In this document: positions 40,098-49,193 of the stretch, piece after piece
How the letters are laid out: each line of letters opens with the position of its first letter
How positions within the stretch are numbered: the stretch's first letter is position 1
IMG/VR virus record: IMGVR_UViG_3300037308_000057
Span: 1 to 49,193 of that record
DNA length: 49,193 nucleotides
Origin: a virus
Lineage: Duplodnaviria > Caudoviricetes
Direction: 5' to 3' (one strand)
Made by a program: the position numbers and the translations under genes
The notes under the pieces: model-generated
What the model was told of the DNA's origin: nothing
Database searches by the model: none
What the model saw: only the letters and a program-made list of their open reading frames with translations

Positions 40098-40389
40098 ATG
40101 GGAAAGCCTACAGCAAGATTCGCAGATATCTGCACTCGGTCATCAATGTTGGCCACCGCGCCCTAATGTCCAAGGAAGCGAGAATGTATTCGTAAACAGC
40201 AGACCCCATCATAGAATGGGTGACGCATGGGCAGTCCATTGCTGCGGACCCAAATGCCACTCTAGCGTGACTTGCTCTGGAAGTTCTTTGGTTTTTGTGA
40301 ACAGCATTCCAGCAGCTAGGGTGGGAGATAGGGTGTGCTGTACGAGTGCGATCATGACAGGTTCATTCAACGTTTTTGAAGGCGGTTAA
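40098..40389 (+). CDS. PAAR spike-tip protein (T4 gp5.4-like, 96 aa), +1 shift at CGG 40137
   Basis: AAGGAG SD; MGKPTARFADICT-(skip C)-GHQCWPPR..GSENVFVN..PAARVGD..GSFNVF. Confidence 0.92.
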
Positions 40390-40399
40390 GGAGGTAGAA

Positions 40400-40789
40400 G
40401 TGCAAGAGCTAATTCACTACTCAGACATAGGTATGGAGTGGGTACCACACCCTTTAACAGGGAACGTCAATCCTAAGAATAATGTAGAGGCGATTAGACA
40501 GTCTGTTAAGAACTTGTTCCTTCTTGAACCCTACGACATTCCATTCATACCATATACGTTTACTAACCTTCGCCATTACTTATTTGAAAACATCACCAAC
40601 ATAACGTCTGCTAATCTAACAAAAAGAATCGAATGGACTATTGGAACCTATGAGAAAAGAGTGAAACTGTACGATGTCAAAGTTGTTCCTTTTGAGTCTG
40701 ATGATGGAATAGAAGTAACCATCACCTATCTCATTAAAGCGCTTAATATCGTCGATAAATTTGTTCAGTCTTTCCAGCGAGTTCGTTAA
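40400..40789 (+). CDS. Baseplate wedge subunit (gp25-like)
   Basis: AAGGAGG SD then GTG; YSDI..HPLTG; AIRQSVKNL; YEKRV. Confidence 0.9.
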   Translation: MQELIHYSDIGMEWVPHPLTGNVNPKNNVEAIRQSVKNLFLLEPYDIPFIPYTFTNLRHYLFENITNITSANLTKRIEWTIGTYEKRVKLYDVKVVPFESDDGIEVTITYLIKALNIVDKFVQSFQRVR

Positions 40790-40822
40790 ACGACAAGAAT
40801 TGGAACACAAAGGAATACTTAA

Positions 40823-42682
40823 ATGATAACAACAAGCGAGCTCCCAATAAACAGTTTAGATTATGATGGAATCAGAGAAAACTTAGTCTCATTCCTACAG
40901 AGTCAAACCAATCCTGATGGGTCATTAGTCTATCAAGATTTCAACTTCCAAGGAAGTGGCATCTCTACTCTTATTAACCTTCTCAGCTACAATACTCATT
41001 ACATAGGCTATTATGTCAAAATGATGCTCAATGAGAGCTTTATCGACAGTGCCGTAAAGAAAGAGAGCCTGTACAGCAAAGCAAAACTCACCGGTTATAT
41101 ACCTAGGAGTAGGACTAGTGCGCAAGCAACCTTATCGCTCTCCATAGACATTGACCTGACTAATCCTGCTCACCACGAACCTAGCAGCAGAAGCATTCTA
41201 ATCCCTCGTGGCACTAATTTTTCCGCAGCCAACAATAACGCTGACCAGCGTATTTTCTATATCATAGATGACGTATTCGTCAAGAATGTTGATTACTCTG
41301 TACCTAATATGGTGACATATACTAGCGATGGCATTACAGTTTACGAAGGCAAACTTCAGGAATGGAAGTTCAGAACAGACTACACTCTACTCAACCAGCG
41401 TTATGTTATCCAAGACAAGACAGTAGACATAGACACAATTAGAGTCTTCGTAGTGCCTGATGGCGGATCAGATACAACTAGTGGAAAAGAGTATAGGCTA
41501 GCATCTAGCGTTTTTGATGTTGATGGAGAAAGCTTAGTCTTTTATCTCAGCACTCAAGAAGAAGGCTATTTTGAAATTATCTTCGGAAACAACATTTTTG
41601 GTAAGAAGCCAGCAAACAAGTCCATTATTTTTGTCTATGGTATTAGCAGCAACGGAGAAGCAGGCAATGGCTGTAAAGTGTTCCGCTTCCATGCTCCATC
41701 TCAAGGCATTCCGACAGAACATAACATCGGCAATTGGGAAGACTTTGTTGTTGTCACAGAGCCCAGCATGATCTCTAGTGGTGGCGTAGAAGCAGAGGAT
41801 GTAGAGTCTATGCGCTTTACAATCCCACACCATTATCGCAGACAGAACCGTTTGGTCACTGATGGTGACTTTCGCTCCATTATCCTAAGCGAGTTTAGGA
41901 ATATCGATAGCATCAATGTTTGGGGTGGAGAGAAGAACTATTACAAGGATTATGGCAAGATATACATCAGCATTAAACCCAAATACGCCGACAAGCTCAC
42001 ACTGACCGCCAAGAATGATATCGCACATAGGCTCATCAAGAAGTACAGTGTGATTGGAATGGAACCCGTATTCGTCGATCCTGAGTTCGTCAATGTCGAT
42101 CTAAGCGTATACGTGAAGATAGACACCAGAAAGACTAATAAGTCGTTAGGACAATTTGAGAGAGACATTAACGCCATCATCACTGAATATAACTCGACCA
42201 CGCTCAACATATTCGACAACTTCCTAAGCGATGTGACGATGTTGGATTTGGTCATGGAAAGCGACCCCGCAATTAGGAGTTGCTACTCTAAGAAGACACT
42301 CAATAAAGACCAGAGCATAATCTATGATTCGATGATTGAAAACGTAATGTTGTTTAGCAACCCACTTCTTCCCGGAGTAAAGAGCAGCGATTTTGTCTAC
42401 GGACTCACAACGTGCTATTTCAAAGATGACTTAGATGGAAAGATCTACATCTACAACAAAGCGACTGGTGAGAAGTTTATCCCAGCTATCTGCGGTTTTG
42501 TAAATTACGAAAACGGTGCTATCCATTACATCTTACCAAAGTTTGCAAGGATGACAGAAAATGACTTTGAAACTTCTGGTATCATCAACTTTACAGCCGT
42601 TCCTGTCAATCCAGACATAGAAACGTTCTTGCAGAACATTATCCGTATCACTAAGATTAGAGTAATTCTTTCCAATGCGTAA
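40823..42682 (+). CDS. Baseplate wedge subunit (gp6-like)
   Basis: LDYDGIRENL..DFNFQGSG..LSYNTHY..NESFIDSA; IIFGNNIFGK; QNRLVT..D; WGGE; YGKIYISIKP. Confidence 0.93.
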   Translation: MITTSELPINSLDYDGIRENLVSFLQSQTNPDGSLVYQDFNFQGSGISTLINLLSYNTHYIGYYVKMMLNESFIDSAVKKESLYSKAKLTGYIPRSRTSAQATLSLSIDIDLTNPAHHEPSSRSILIPRGTNFSAANNNADQRIFYIIDDVFVKNVDYSVPNMVTYTSDGITVYEGKLQEWKFRTDYTLLNQRYVIQDKTVDIDTIRVFVVPDGGSDTTSGKEYRLASSVFDVDGESLVFYLSTQEEGYFEIIFGNNIFGKKPANKSIIFVYGISSNGEAGNGCKVFRFHAPSQGIPTEHNIGNWEDFVVVTEPSMISSGGVEAEDVESMRFTIPHHYRRQNRLVTDGDFRSIILSEFRNIDSINVWGGEKNYYKDYGKIYISIKPKYADKLTLTAKNDIAHRLIKKYSVIGMEPVFVDPEFVNVDLSVYVKIDTRKTNKSLGQFERDINAIITEYNSTTLNIFDNFLSDVTMLDLVMESDPAIRSCYSKKTLNKDQSIIYDSMIENVMLFSNPLLPGVKSSDFVYGLTTCYFKDDLDGKIYIYNKATGEKFIPAICGFVNYENGAIHYILPKFARMTENDFETSGIINFTAVPVNPDIETFLQNIIRITKIRVILSNA

Positions 42683-44501
42683 CTACATCTCACCCATTAT
42701 CCATGCAAGACTGCCTGGGTTTCTAGCCTCAGATTACCCTAGCTTTCTAAAGTTTATCAAGCATTATTATGATTTCTTAGAAGCCCATGGTAATCCATTA
42801 GAGATTCTAGAGAACTTTAGAGAAAGGCTAGAGGTCAACAACGAAGTAGACTTATATATCGATAAGGTTGTATCTGAGTTAGGGTTCGATATTACTCGTC
42901 CGTACCTCATTCCTAAGAAGGAACTTGTGGTTCACCTTAGGGACTTCTACCTCAGTAGAGGAAACGAGAACTCGTTCAAATTCTTATTCAAGGTTCTCTT
43001 TGATAGTGCCGTTGAAATAGAGTATCCTAGAGACAGACTGTTCACGTTAAGCAGTGCGACCTATACAGGCAACTTCTATGTGTTTACGACAGCGAATAGT
43101 GAAGATTTTCCGGAGTTTCAAAAGCTAATAGATTCAATTAAAGAATCGAATCTCACTATTCGCGGCATATCGAGTAGAGTGATATCTAGTGTTGAAGACA
43201 TTCAGGTAGTGGTGAGTAAAAACAAACATTTTCTCAAGATTCAAATTGATTCAAACCTCAAGAGCTATCTACCTTATGAGGGCGTCGTTATAGAGCTTGC
43301 TAACGATACCAGCATTCATATCCATGAGTATATCATGAACTCTATCGATATCCAGATAGATCAGGGTGGGTACGGATACAAAGTGGGCGATACCATAACC
43401 TCGACTGGTTGCGGAATTAATGGCAGTGCAATAGTAAAATCACTCAAAAGCGGTAGCATCCAGGCGTTAAACATAGTCTCTCCAGGCTCGGGATACAACA
43501 TAGGCGATAGGGTTATTGCACAGAACACAGTTAAGGGTCATTCGTTTTCAGCAGTCGTCAACGCTGTAGGATTAGCCACTGATCCCCCCGTGGGCGCAAT
43601 TAGGCATATCAAAATTCTAAGTCCGGGGTACGATTACGAAGAAGTACCTGACATATACGTGGACAGTCCAACAGGTGTAGGTGCAGTCCTCGATGCAGAT
43701 AGCAATCAGATAGGCAAGATACTCAGCATAGAGGTCATAGAACCTTTCGTAGATGCAATTAACTTATCTTCAGTATCTTTCTCGATTGACTCGGAGGAAG
43801 GCGTAGGAGCAGTTCTAACTCCTAACGCTAAGGTAGTCTATACAGAAAGAAGTTCGTTTAAGACCTTGAAAGGCGCTCTAGAAGTCAACTGCATCATTCT
43901 GGATAGCTATTACTTCCAGCAGTTTTCCTACATTCTTCGCTCTAAAGTGGCTCGTTCAGAATATGACTCAATTGTCGATGAAATGGTACATCCGTCAGGA
44001 TTTGTAAGATTTGCAATGCTAGAGTTATATAATACTTTAGATTTGAATGCTGTTGAGGAATGGAAATACGGATCAGAGTGGTTTACGAATTCCTTTACTC
44101 TCCTCAAGCGCATTAAGATTATGGTGAATGATCTATCGTTCCTAATCAATCCTGTCTATACGCTCGAAGCGTGGAAAGAGAATACCTATAGCTTCCTTAA
44201 TGGCGTGGGAGAGTATGACTGGTATCAGGAAGAATACATCCATGATGCTTTAAGATACATGAGTCCAGCTCTAGAAGCTATCCCGATAATCAAGCTCAGA
44301 TTGATCAATAATCCATCTCAAGTTGTAGTCAATCCTATAAATAACTTAGAGTGGTTTAAGGAGTCTGTTGATGAGAGTCTCAAGACTAACTACCCCGTAC
44401 CTAACAGCATTTGGGCAGACAAGAATCTTGACTACATCCATAACAACAGCAACTTGATGAACAGGGCTCTTGATGTTGAAATTGACCAGCATCCTTCTTA
44501 A
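42675..44501 (+). CDS. Baseplate wedge initiator-like protein (gp7-like)
   Basis: FLKFIKHYYDFLE; FY.SRG.E.SFKFLF; G.GY..GD repeats; DSYYFQQFSY; HPSG. Confidence 0.8.
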   Translation: MRNYISPIIHARLPGFLASDYPSFLKFIKHYYDFLEAHGNPLEILENFRERLEVNNEVDLYIDKVVSELGFDITRPYLIPKKELVVHLRDFYLSRGNENSFKFLFKVLFDSAVEIEYPRDRLFTLSSATYTGNFYVFTTANSEDFPEFQKLIDSIKESNLTIRGISSRVISSVEDIQVVVSKNKHFLKIQIDSNLKSYLPYEGVVIELANDTSIHIHEYIMNSIDIQIDQGGYGYKVGDTITSTGCGINGSAIVKSLKSGSIQALNIVSPGSGYNIGDRVIAQNTVKGHSFSAVVNAVGLATDPPVGAIRHIKILSPGYDYEEVPDIYVDSPTGVGAVLDADSNQIGKILSIEVIEPFVDAINLSSVSFSIDSEEGVGAVLTPNAKVVYTERSSFKTLKGALEVNCIILDSYYFQQFSYILRSKVARSEYDSIVDEMVHPSGFVRFAMLELYNTLDLNAVEEWKYGSEWFTNSFTLLKRIKIMVNDLSFLINPVYTLEAWKENTYSFLNGVGEYDWYQEEYIHDALRYMSPALEAIPIIKLRLINNPSQVVVNPINNLEWFKESVDESLKTNYPVPNSIWADKNLDYIHNNSNLMNRALDVEIDQHPS

Positions 44502-44559
44502 CAAACAGGGGGCAATGAATGAATAGACTGAAATGGCAAAGCACTTGGCATGATATGAA

Positions 44560-45000
44560 ACAAAGATGTACCCCATCCTCTAAACGAGATGTTTCATAGA
44601 TACAGTAGTAGAGGAATTAAGATTTGCGAAAGATCGCTTGACTCAACCAAAGTGAAAACCAAGACTAACCTTATATTTCAGGAATTCTAAATTTTTTAGA
44701 AGATGTGGGACCAAACAGGGTTTAAAGGTGCAACTATAGAACGAATAGATAATGATGGAGTCTATACGCCCCGAAAACGGTTGTTGGTTAAGTACAAATG
44801 AAAATGTTTCACGAATGAATCTACAGAGCATTGAAAATGGAATCTATCATCTACTGGGCAGAGAGATTCAGGCGAGAACTAATGCAAATAGGGTTAAGAA
44901 TGGAACTCATAATTTTTTAGGAAGTGACAAATCTAAAGGAACCGTCAATGTTCTTGATGTTGAACTCCAAAAAATGTTGAGATAACAACAGAACAATTTT
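44560..45000 (+). pseudogene. Degenerate homing-endonuclease-like remnant
   Basis: Fragmented frames with repeated IENGIYHLLG / RVKNGTHNFLG motif; AT-rich insert between gp7 and gp8. Confidence 0.4.
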
Positions 45001-45040
45001 ACGAATTCATCACTTACTGCAAAAACATGGAGAAATCAAC

Positions 45041-46633
45041 ATGTCCGCTAAATTCACACCGAAAATACGCCCGTTCGCCGCAGCTAGTCTAATCGACAGT
45101 ATCAAACTTCAAGATTTGCCTGAATGGACATCGCTGACAGCCTACACTGAAGGAACTCTCGTTTATTATGAGAGCAACAAGTATACCTGCAAGTCTACCG
45201 GGACTAGCGGAGTCAATCCGCCAGCGCATTTGAGTGGGACTGCTTCTGACGGTTCTCTCGAATGGATTTGGGTTGACACAATCAACGTTAATCAGTTCTT
45301 CAAGAGGAACATGTTTATATTCATCGGTAAGAATGATGAGTGGGCAAACGAAAATGCACCCGACGAAGTAGAAGTAACTGACCTTGCTGACACTGAAACT
45401 CTAGACAACATCATTGTTATGAAACGAATTACCCAAGACAGTTGCAGGCTTGCTGTTAAAAGGTATGACTGGTTAAGTGGACAGGTATACTCTCCCTATA
45501 GCGATAAGCTAGATCCACTCTCTCCATTAGGTCCTTTGAGCTATCCTCACCCGTATTTTGTCTATACAGAAGACAACAATATCTACAAGTGCATCAATAA
45601 CAATAACAATAGCGTCAGTACCATTAAGCCAGTGGGCGTTAGCCCATCCGTTGTCACTCTTGCGGATGGGTATGTCTGGAAGTACATGGGGACATTAGAA
45701 GCGTCCGATGTTTACTTCTTGTCTAAAGACTTTGTCCCCGTCAAGTACAAGACTTTCGATGACAACTCTCCTCAATGGACTGTCCAACAGTCAGCTACAA
45801 AGAATTCGATCAGCGCATTCAATATCCTAAAGCAACAAGGCACCTTTGGTCTTAACTCTGTGGTGTCGGTGATAACTACAGATACCCCATCAATAGTGTG
45901 TGAAGCTCACGTTTCTAGGAATCTTGACAACACACTCAAGCAGATTATTGTAGATGTACCTGGCTCAGGTTACCTTTCTCCCCCAGAAGCCATCGTAAAG
46001 AATGCAGGAACATCAGGTTCTGGTGCAACAGTTGCAAGTGTTACCGTTGTCGCTGGTGAGATTACTAATATCACTTTGGGCAATGCAGGATCTGGTTATA
46101 CGGGTGGCGCTATCTGTATCATTGTAGATGAGGGTGGAACTCCTACCACCGATGCAACGATTAACGTTGTAATATCGCCTAGCTTCACGATTAGTGAGAT
46201 TAATGTCACTGATGGTGGAGAAGGGTACTCTAGCAGCGCCAATTGCCGTGGATACATCATCCCAGGTACTGCGGGTGCAATTGCCTCATCCGTATTAGCA
46301 CCAAAAGACGGTCACGGTAGCAATATTGTGACAGAACTCTGTGCCAATACCGTCATAGTCAATACTCGCTTCGATGAAGCCGAAGGATACTTGTTCACTG
46401 GTGAGACTAGCGACTTTAGACAGGTTGGATTGATATCTGAAGTTCAAATCTATGGATCAGAAGCATATGCCGATAACCTCTACTACATTGGACCAAGTCA
46501 TCCTGACTATGCGAGCGGTTCGCTAAATAGGATTGCAAGACGTAGTGGTACATTGCTCTATGTTACGAACATCAAGAAGGTGCTAAGAAGTGAAGGACAA
46601 GAAGAAGATATCAAGATTGCAGTCACTTTCTAA
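45041..46633 (+). CDS. Baseplate wedge subunit (gp8-like)
   Basis: FIGK..W; MKRI; RYDW.SG.VY; IYKCINN; DGYVWKYM; P.DGHG; DFRQVGLI; QEEDIKI. Confidence 0.88.
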   Translation: MSAKFTPKIRPFAAASLIDSIKLQDLPEWTSLTAYTEGTLVYYESNKYTCKSTGTSGVNPPAHLSGTASDGSLEWIWVDTINVNQFFKRNMFIFIGKNDEWANENAPDEVEVTDLADTETLDNIIVMKRITQDSCRLAVKRYDWLSGQVYSPYSDKLDPLSPLGPLSYPHPYFVYTEDNNIYKCINNNNNSVSTIKPVGVSPSVVTLADGYVWKYMGTLEASDVYFLSKDFVPVKYKTFDDNSPQWTVQQSATKNSISAFNILKQQGTFGLNSVVSVITTDTPSIVCEAHVSRNLDNTLKQIIVDVPGSGYLSPPEAIVKNAGTSGSGATVASVTVVAGEITNITLGNAGSGYTGGAICIIVDEGGTPTTDATINVVISPSFTISEINVTDGGEGYSSSANCRGYIIPGTAGAIASSVLAPKDGHGSNIVTELCANTVIVNTRFDEAEGYLFTGETSDFRQVGLISEVQIYGSEAYADNLYYIGPSHPDYASGSLNRIARRSGTLLYVTNIKKVLRSEGQEEDIKIAVTF

Positions 46634-46660
46634 TGAACATATTAAAGGAAAAATAAAACC

Positions 46661-49193
46661 ATGTCAAGACTAACTTTTAATCGTACGCCTTATTTCGATG
46701 ATTTCTCGTCATCGAAGAACTTTATGAAAGTTCTGTTTAGACCTGGGCGTCCTGTTCAAACAAGAGAGTTGAATCAGATTCAAAGCATCTTCCAGAACCA
46801 GATCGAACGATTTGCAAATCATATCTTCAAGAATGGTTCAAGAATAAGTGCCGCGAGAGCTGCTCTTTCGGCCAAAGCGTATGTGAGGCTTAAAGAGATA
46901 AGTCCTTGGACCAATGCGACTGTTGATCTTTCACCTTACCCTGATGGTATGGTGGTCATCGGAATGACATCGGGCATTACAGCACGACTTGTCAAAACAG
47001 TCAACGCAGAGTTTGGTGATCCTCCTACAATCTATATCGTATATACGGGAACTTCTATTGATGGAGAGACAAAAGACTTCATTCCAGGAGAAGTTCTCAG
47101 GTTCTATGATACGAATAACGTAGCAGTATACTCGGTTACTGTTAGATGCCCTGGTTGCGTAGGCAGTTCAGAAGTAGACACTATCCCCGTCACAGGTACG
47201 GGTCAAATCTTCTACATCGATGAAGGTATCTTCTACTACGAGGGTATGTTCATCGAAAACACTAGCCAAAATGTTATCGTAAGCAAGTATGGAGAGATTG
47301 CCAATTGTAAAATAGGATTTGATTTTGTTCAGACTATTAAAACAAGTAATGATGATCTCACTCTTCTCGATAACGCTTTAGGCTACGCCAACCTAACAGC
47401 CCCAGGTGCCGATCGTTATCAGGTAGAACTATCATTGGTGGTACGTTCTCTAAACTCTACTGATGGCGACAATTATATCTTACTAGCAACGGTTAGCAAA
47501 GGCATGTTCCGATATCTCAAGGCAGATAGCGAATATGCTGACATCATGGATATGATCGCGAAGAGAACCTACGAGACTAACGGCAACTTTACAGTCAATC
47601 CGTTTAAGATTCGCTTTATAGAAGACAAAGCAATCGATGAAAATGACCCTAATGGGTACTCAGTTAATGGTGACGAAGATTATGTTCGCGCTATCGTATC
47701 TGGTGGTATATCGTATGTCAGAGGATACCGATTTGAAAATAGCAGCGATATCTTCATCAAGGCAAAGAAAGCGAGAGACACTAGAAAAACTGCAACATTC
47801 ATCAAGAGATTTGAAGAGAGAACCTCTATCAATCTGAAGCCATTGAAAGGCTATAGCGCATTATCCAACAAGTCAACGTCGGCTCCGGTCTTAGATGGTA
47901 CAATCGTAACCATGTACGATGGTCCATTCGACGATGGCAAGAATGTAACTGGTAACCCTATTGGTACATTCCGCGTATTTGATACGGTCTACGTTAGTGG
48001 CGTGATCAATAGCGAGACTACTCCAGCCGTTTTCAAATACTACATCTATGATTTGAACTTAAACTCTGGCAGAAAGATGACGGACGCCAAGTCATTCATA
48101 GATACTGGCACGACCAATGGTTTTAAAGCAGTTCCTGAGAACACTAGCGTCACCCTATACAATCCTGGAAAGACAGAACTCTTATGGAGATTGGACAGAG
48201 ATAACATTAAGTCTCTTCGTTCCATTGCGGATTCTGGTAACCCCAACCCTCCAGGCAGCACCACAATCATACTCAGAAAGAAGATGATTGGCACAATCAA
48301 TGATGGCGGAATCACGTTCACCAGTGCGTTCAATGAGTACTTCATGCCCTATAGCCAGACCAATACAATCGCCGTAATCATCGATACTGATCAAGGATCA
48401 GGCTTAGCTCGTACTATCGATTTAACTGGTAAGACTGCTGTGACATCTAACACGTTCATTGTCACTCTGGGCGATACTGTTGATGTTGGCACAGATACTC
48501 CGTTAAACACTTCAGGTAAAACAATTTGCGTTCTGCATGATATAATGAGAACGAATTCGACAGAAGATTCTATGGGAACCAACTTCGTACAGGTTGACAT
48601 TCTCGTTAGAACAACTAACGCAATCAATCTCGGAGTTACTGATGCCTATGAGATTGAGTATGTTAAATCGTTCAATTCTGCTGCTCCTGGTCTTCCCGAT
48701 GTAGACATTACTTCTGACTTTACGCTGTATCCAAATAAATCAGATGCATTCTATAGCGAAAGTCAAATCAAGTATACTGGACCCACTTATACGGCTGAAC
48801 CCAACATCTATTGGAAGTACAGAGTGAAGTATAGGACTCACGATGTGTCACAACATTTTGGTTACTATACGATTGACTCATATAAAGAGCTTATTGCTGA
48901 TGATGAACTTGAGTACTCATCAAACCCAACTTATACGGCTACCAACAAGAGTGTGTATCCGCTGTTTGGGTCATTCGACTTCAGACCAGACCTGATAAAT
49001 GGTGAACTTGTAGGGTATAGTGTGCCTTCGATTAACTCTACCGCAACCTTCGACATCGAGTATTACCTGCCGAGGACTGATCTTCTATGCGTAGATAAAG
49101 ACAGTAGGTTGTATCTCAAATCAGGTATTCCATCGGAGACACCTACTCCCCCGAAGGTCGATGATGACGCAATGGCGCTCTATGAGATCTACT
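46661..49193 (+). CDS. VrlC-like / DUF4815 large baseplate-associated protein (runs off the 3' end)
   Basis: MSRLTFNRTPYFDDF...KVLFRPGRPVQTRELNQIQSIFQNQI; APGADRY; RTYETNGNF; FDFRP. Confidence 0.88.
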   Translation, partial: MSRLTFNRTPYFDDFSSSKNFMKVLFRPGRPVQTRELNQIQSIFQNQIERFANHIFKNGSRISAARAALSAKAYVRLKEISPWTNATVDLSPYPDGMVVIGMTSGITARLVKTVNAEFGDPPTIYIVYTGTSIDGETKDFIPGEVLRFYDTNNVAVYSVTVRCPGCVGSSEVDTIPVTGTGQIFYIDEGIFYYEGMFIENTSQNVIVSKYGEIANCKIGFDFVQTIKTSNDDLTLLDNALGYANLTAPGADRYQVELSLVVRSLNSTDGDNYILLATVSKGMFRYLKADSEYADIMDMIAKRTYETNGNFTVNPFKIRFIEDKAIDENDPNGYSVNGDEDYVRAIVSGGISYVRGYRFENSSDIFIKAKKARDTRKTATFIKRFEERTSINLKPLKGYSALSNKSTSAPVLDGTIVTMYDGPFDDGKNVTGNPIGTFRVFDTVYVSGVINSETTPAVFKYYIYDLNLNSGRKMTDAKSFIDTGTTNGFKAVPENTSVTLYNPGKTELLWRLDRDNIKSLRSIADSGNPNPPGSTTIILRKKMIGTINDGGITFTSAFNEYFMPYSQTNTIAVIIDTDQGSGLARTIDLTGKTAVTSNTFIVTLGDTVDVGTDTPLNTSGKTICVLHDIMRTNSTEDSMGTNFVQVDILVRTTNAINLGVTDAYEIEYVKSFNSAAPGLPDVDITSDFTLYPNKSDAFYSESQIKYTGPTYTAEPNIYWKYRVKYRTHDVSQHFGYYTIDSYKELIADDELEYSSNPTYTATNKSVYPLFGSFDFRPDLINGELVGYSVPSINSTATFDIEYYLPRTDLLCVDKDSRLYLKSGIPSETPTPPKVDDDAMALYEIY

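Noticed and set aside
4042-40140. Frameshifts as random pseudogenisation or homopolymer errors
   Set aside because: All 12 share the same in-frame CGG context, most lack homopolymers, and the genes keep intact motifs. Only a context-specific artefact remains possible.
4042-40140. Reading CGGN as Arg (extra G in a CGN codon)
   Set aside because: Conserved motifs need Gly at the junction in PAAR, the Walker A kinase, the HNH GG and the PseT-like N-terminus. It remains ambiguous for nrdJ and Hef site 25666.
1466-48627. Numerous short antisense or nested ORFs in the ORF track
   Set aside because: They lie inside well-supported genes and lack SD sites or motifs; treated as shadow ORFs.
1-49193. 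Stop-codon reassignment (TAG or TGA read-through)
   Set aside because: Long genes are open in the standard code, all three stops end genes, and the breaks are frame changes rather than in-frame stops.
1-49193. tRNA genes, rRNA or CRISPR arrays
   Set aside because: No cloverleaf with a T-loop consensus and no regularly spaced repeats were recognised by eye; an atypical tRNA could have been missed.

Overview
This 49-kb window is from a T4-like myovirus. About 1-17.4 kb holds early and nucleotide-metabolism genes: two RNA ligases, a GNAT acetyltransferase, ThyX, class II ribonucleotide reductase with a mini-intein, Hsp20, an ArfA-like peptide, DNA ligase, DenV, a QueD-like protein, a degenerate PseT-like protein and a P-loop kinase. 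A short minus-strand block (SNase, GIY-YIG, gp54, gp2, gp4) follows, then a baseplate/tail module (gp48, gp53, hub, gp5, LamG proteins, PAAR, gp25, gp6, gp7-like, gp8, VrlC-like). Main observation: ten genes are broken by 12 apparent +1 frameshifts. At each one the upstream frame reaches an in-frame CGG, and skipping that C gives a GGN (Gly) codon that rejoins the downstream frame, in several cases restoring a conserved glycine. In a manual scan, in-frame CGG is otherwise absent from intact genes, except one early gene (3 copies) and the ArfA-like ORF (1 copy). This suggests systematic CGG-N to Gly recoding (+1 skip or quadruplet reading), possibly a temporal switch. A context-specific sequencing artefact must still be excluded. 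No tRNA, rRNA or CRISPR array was recognised.
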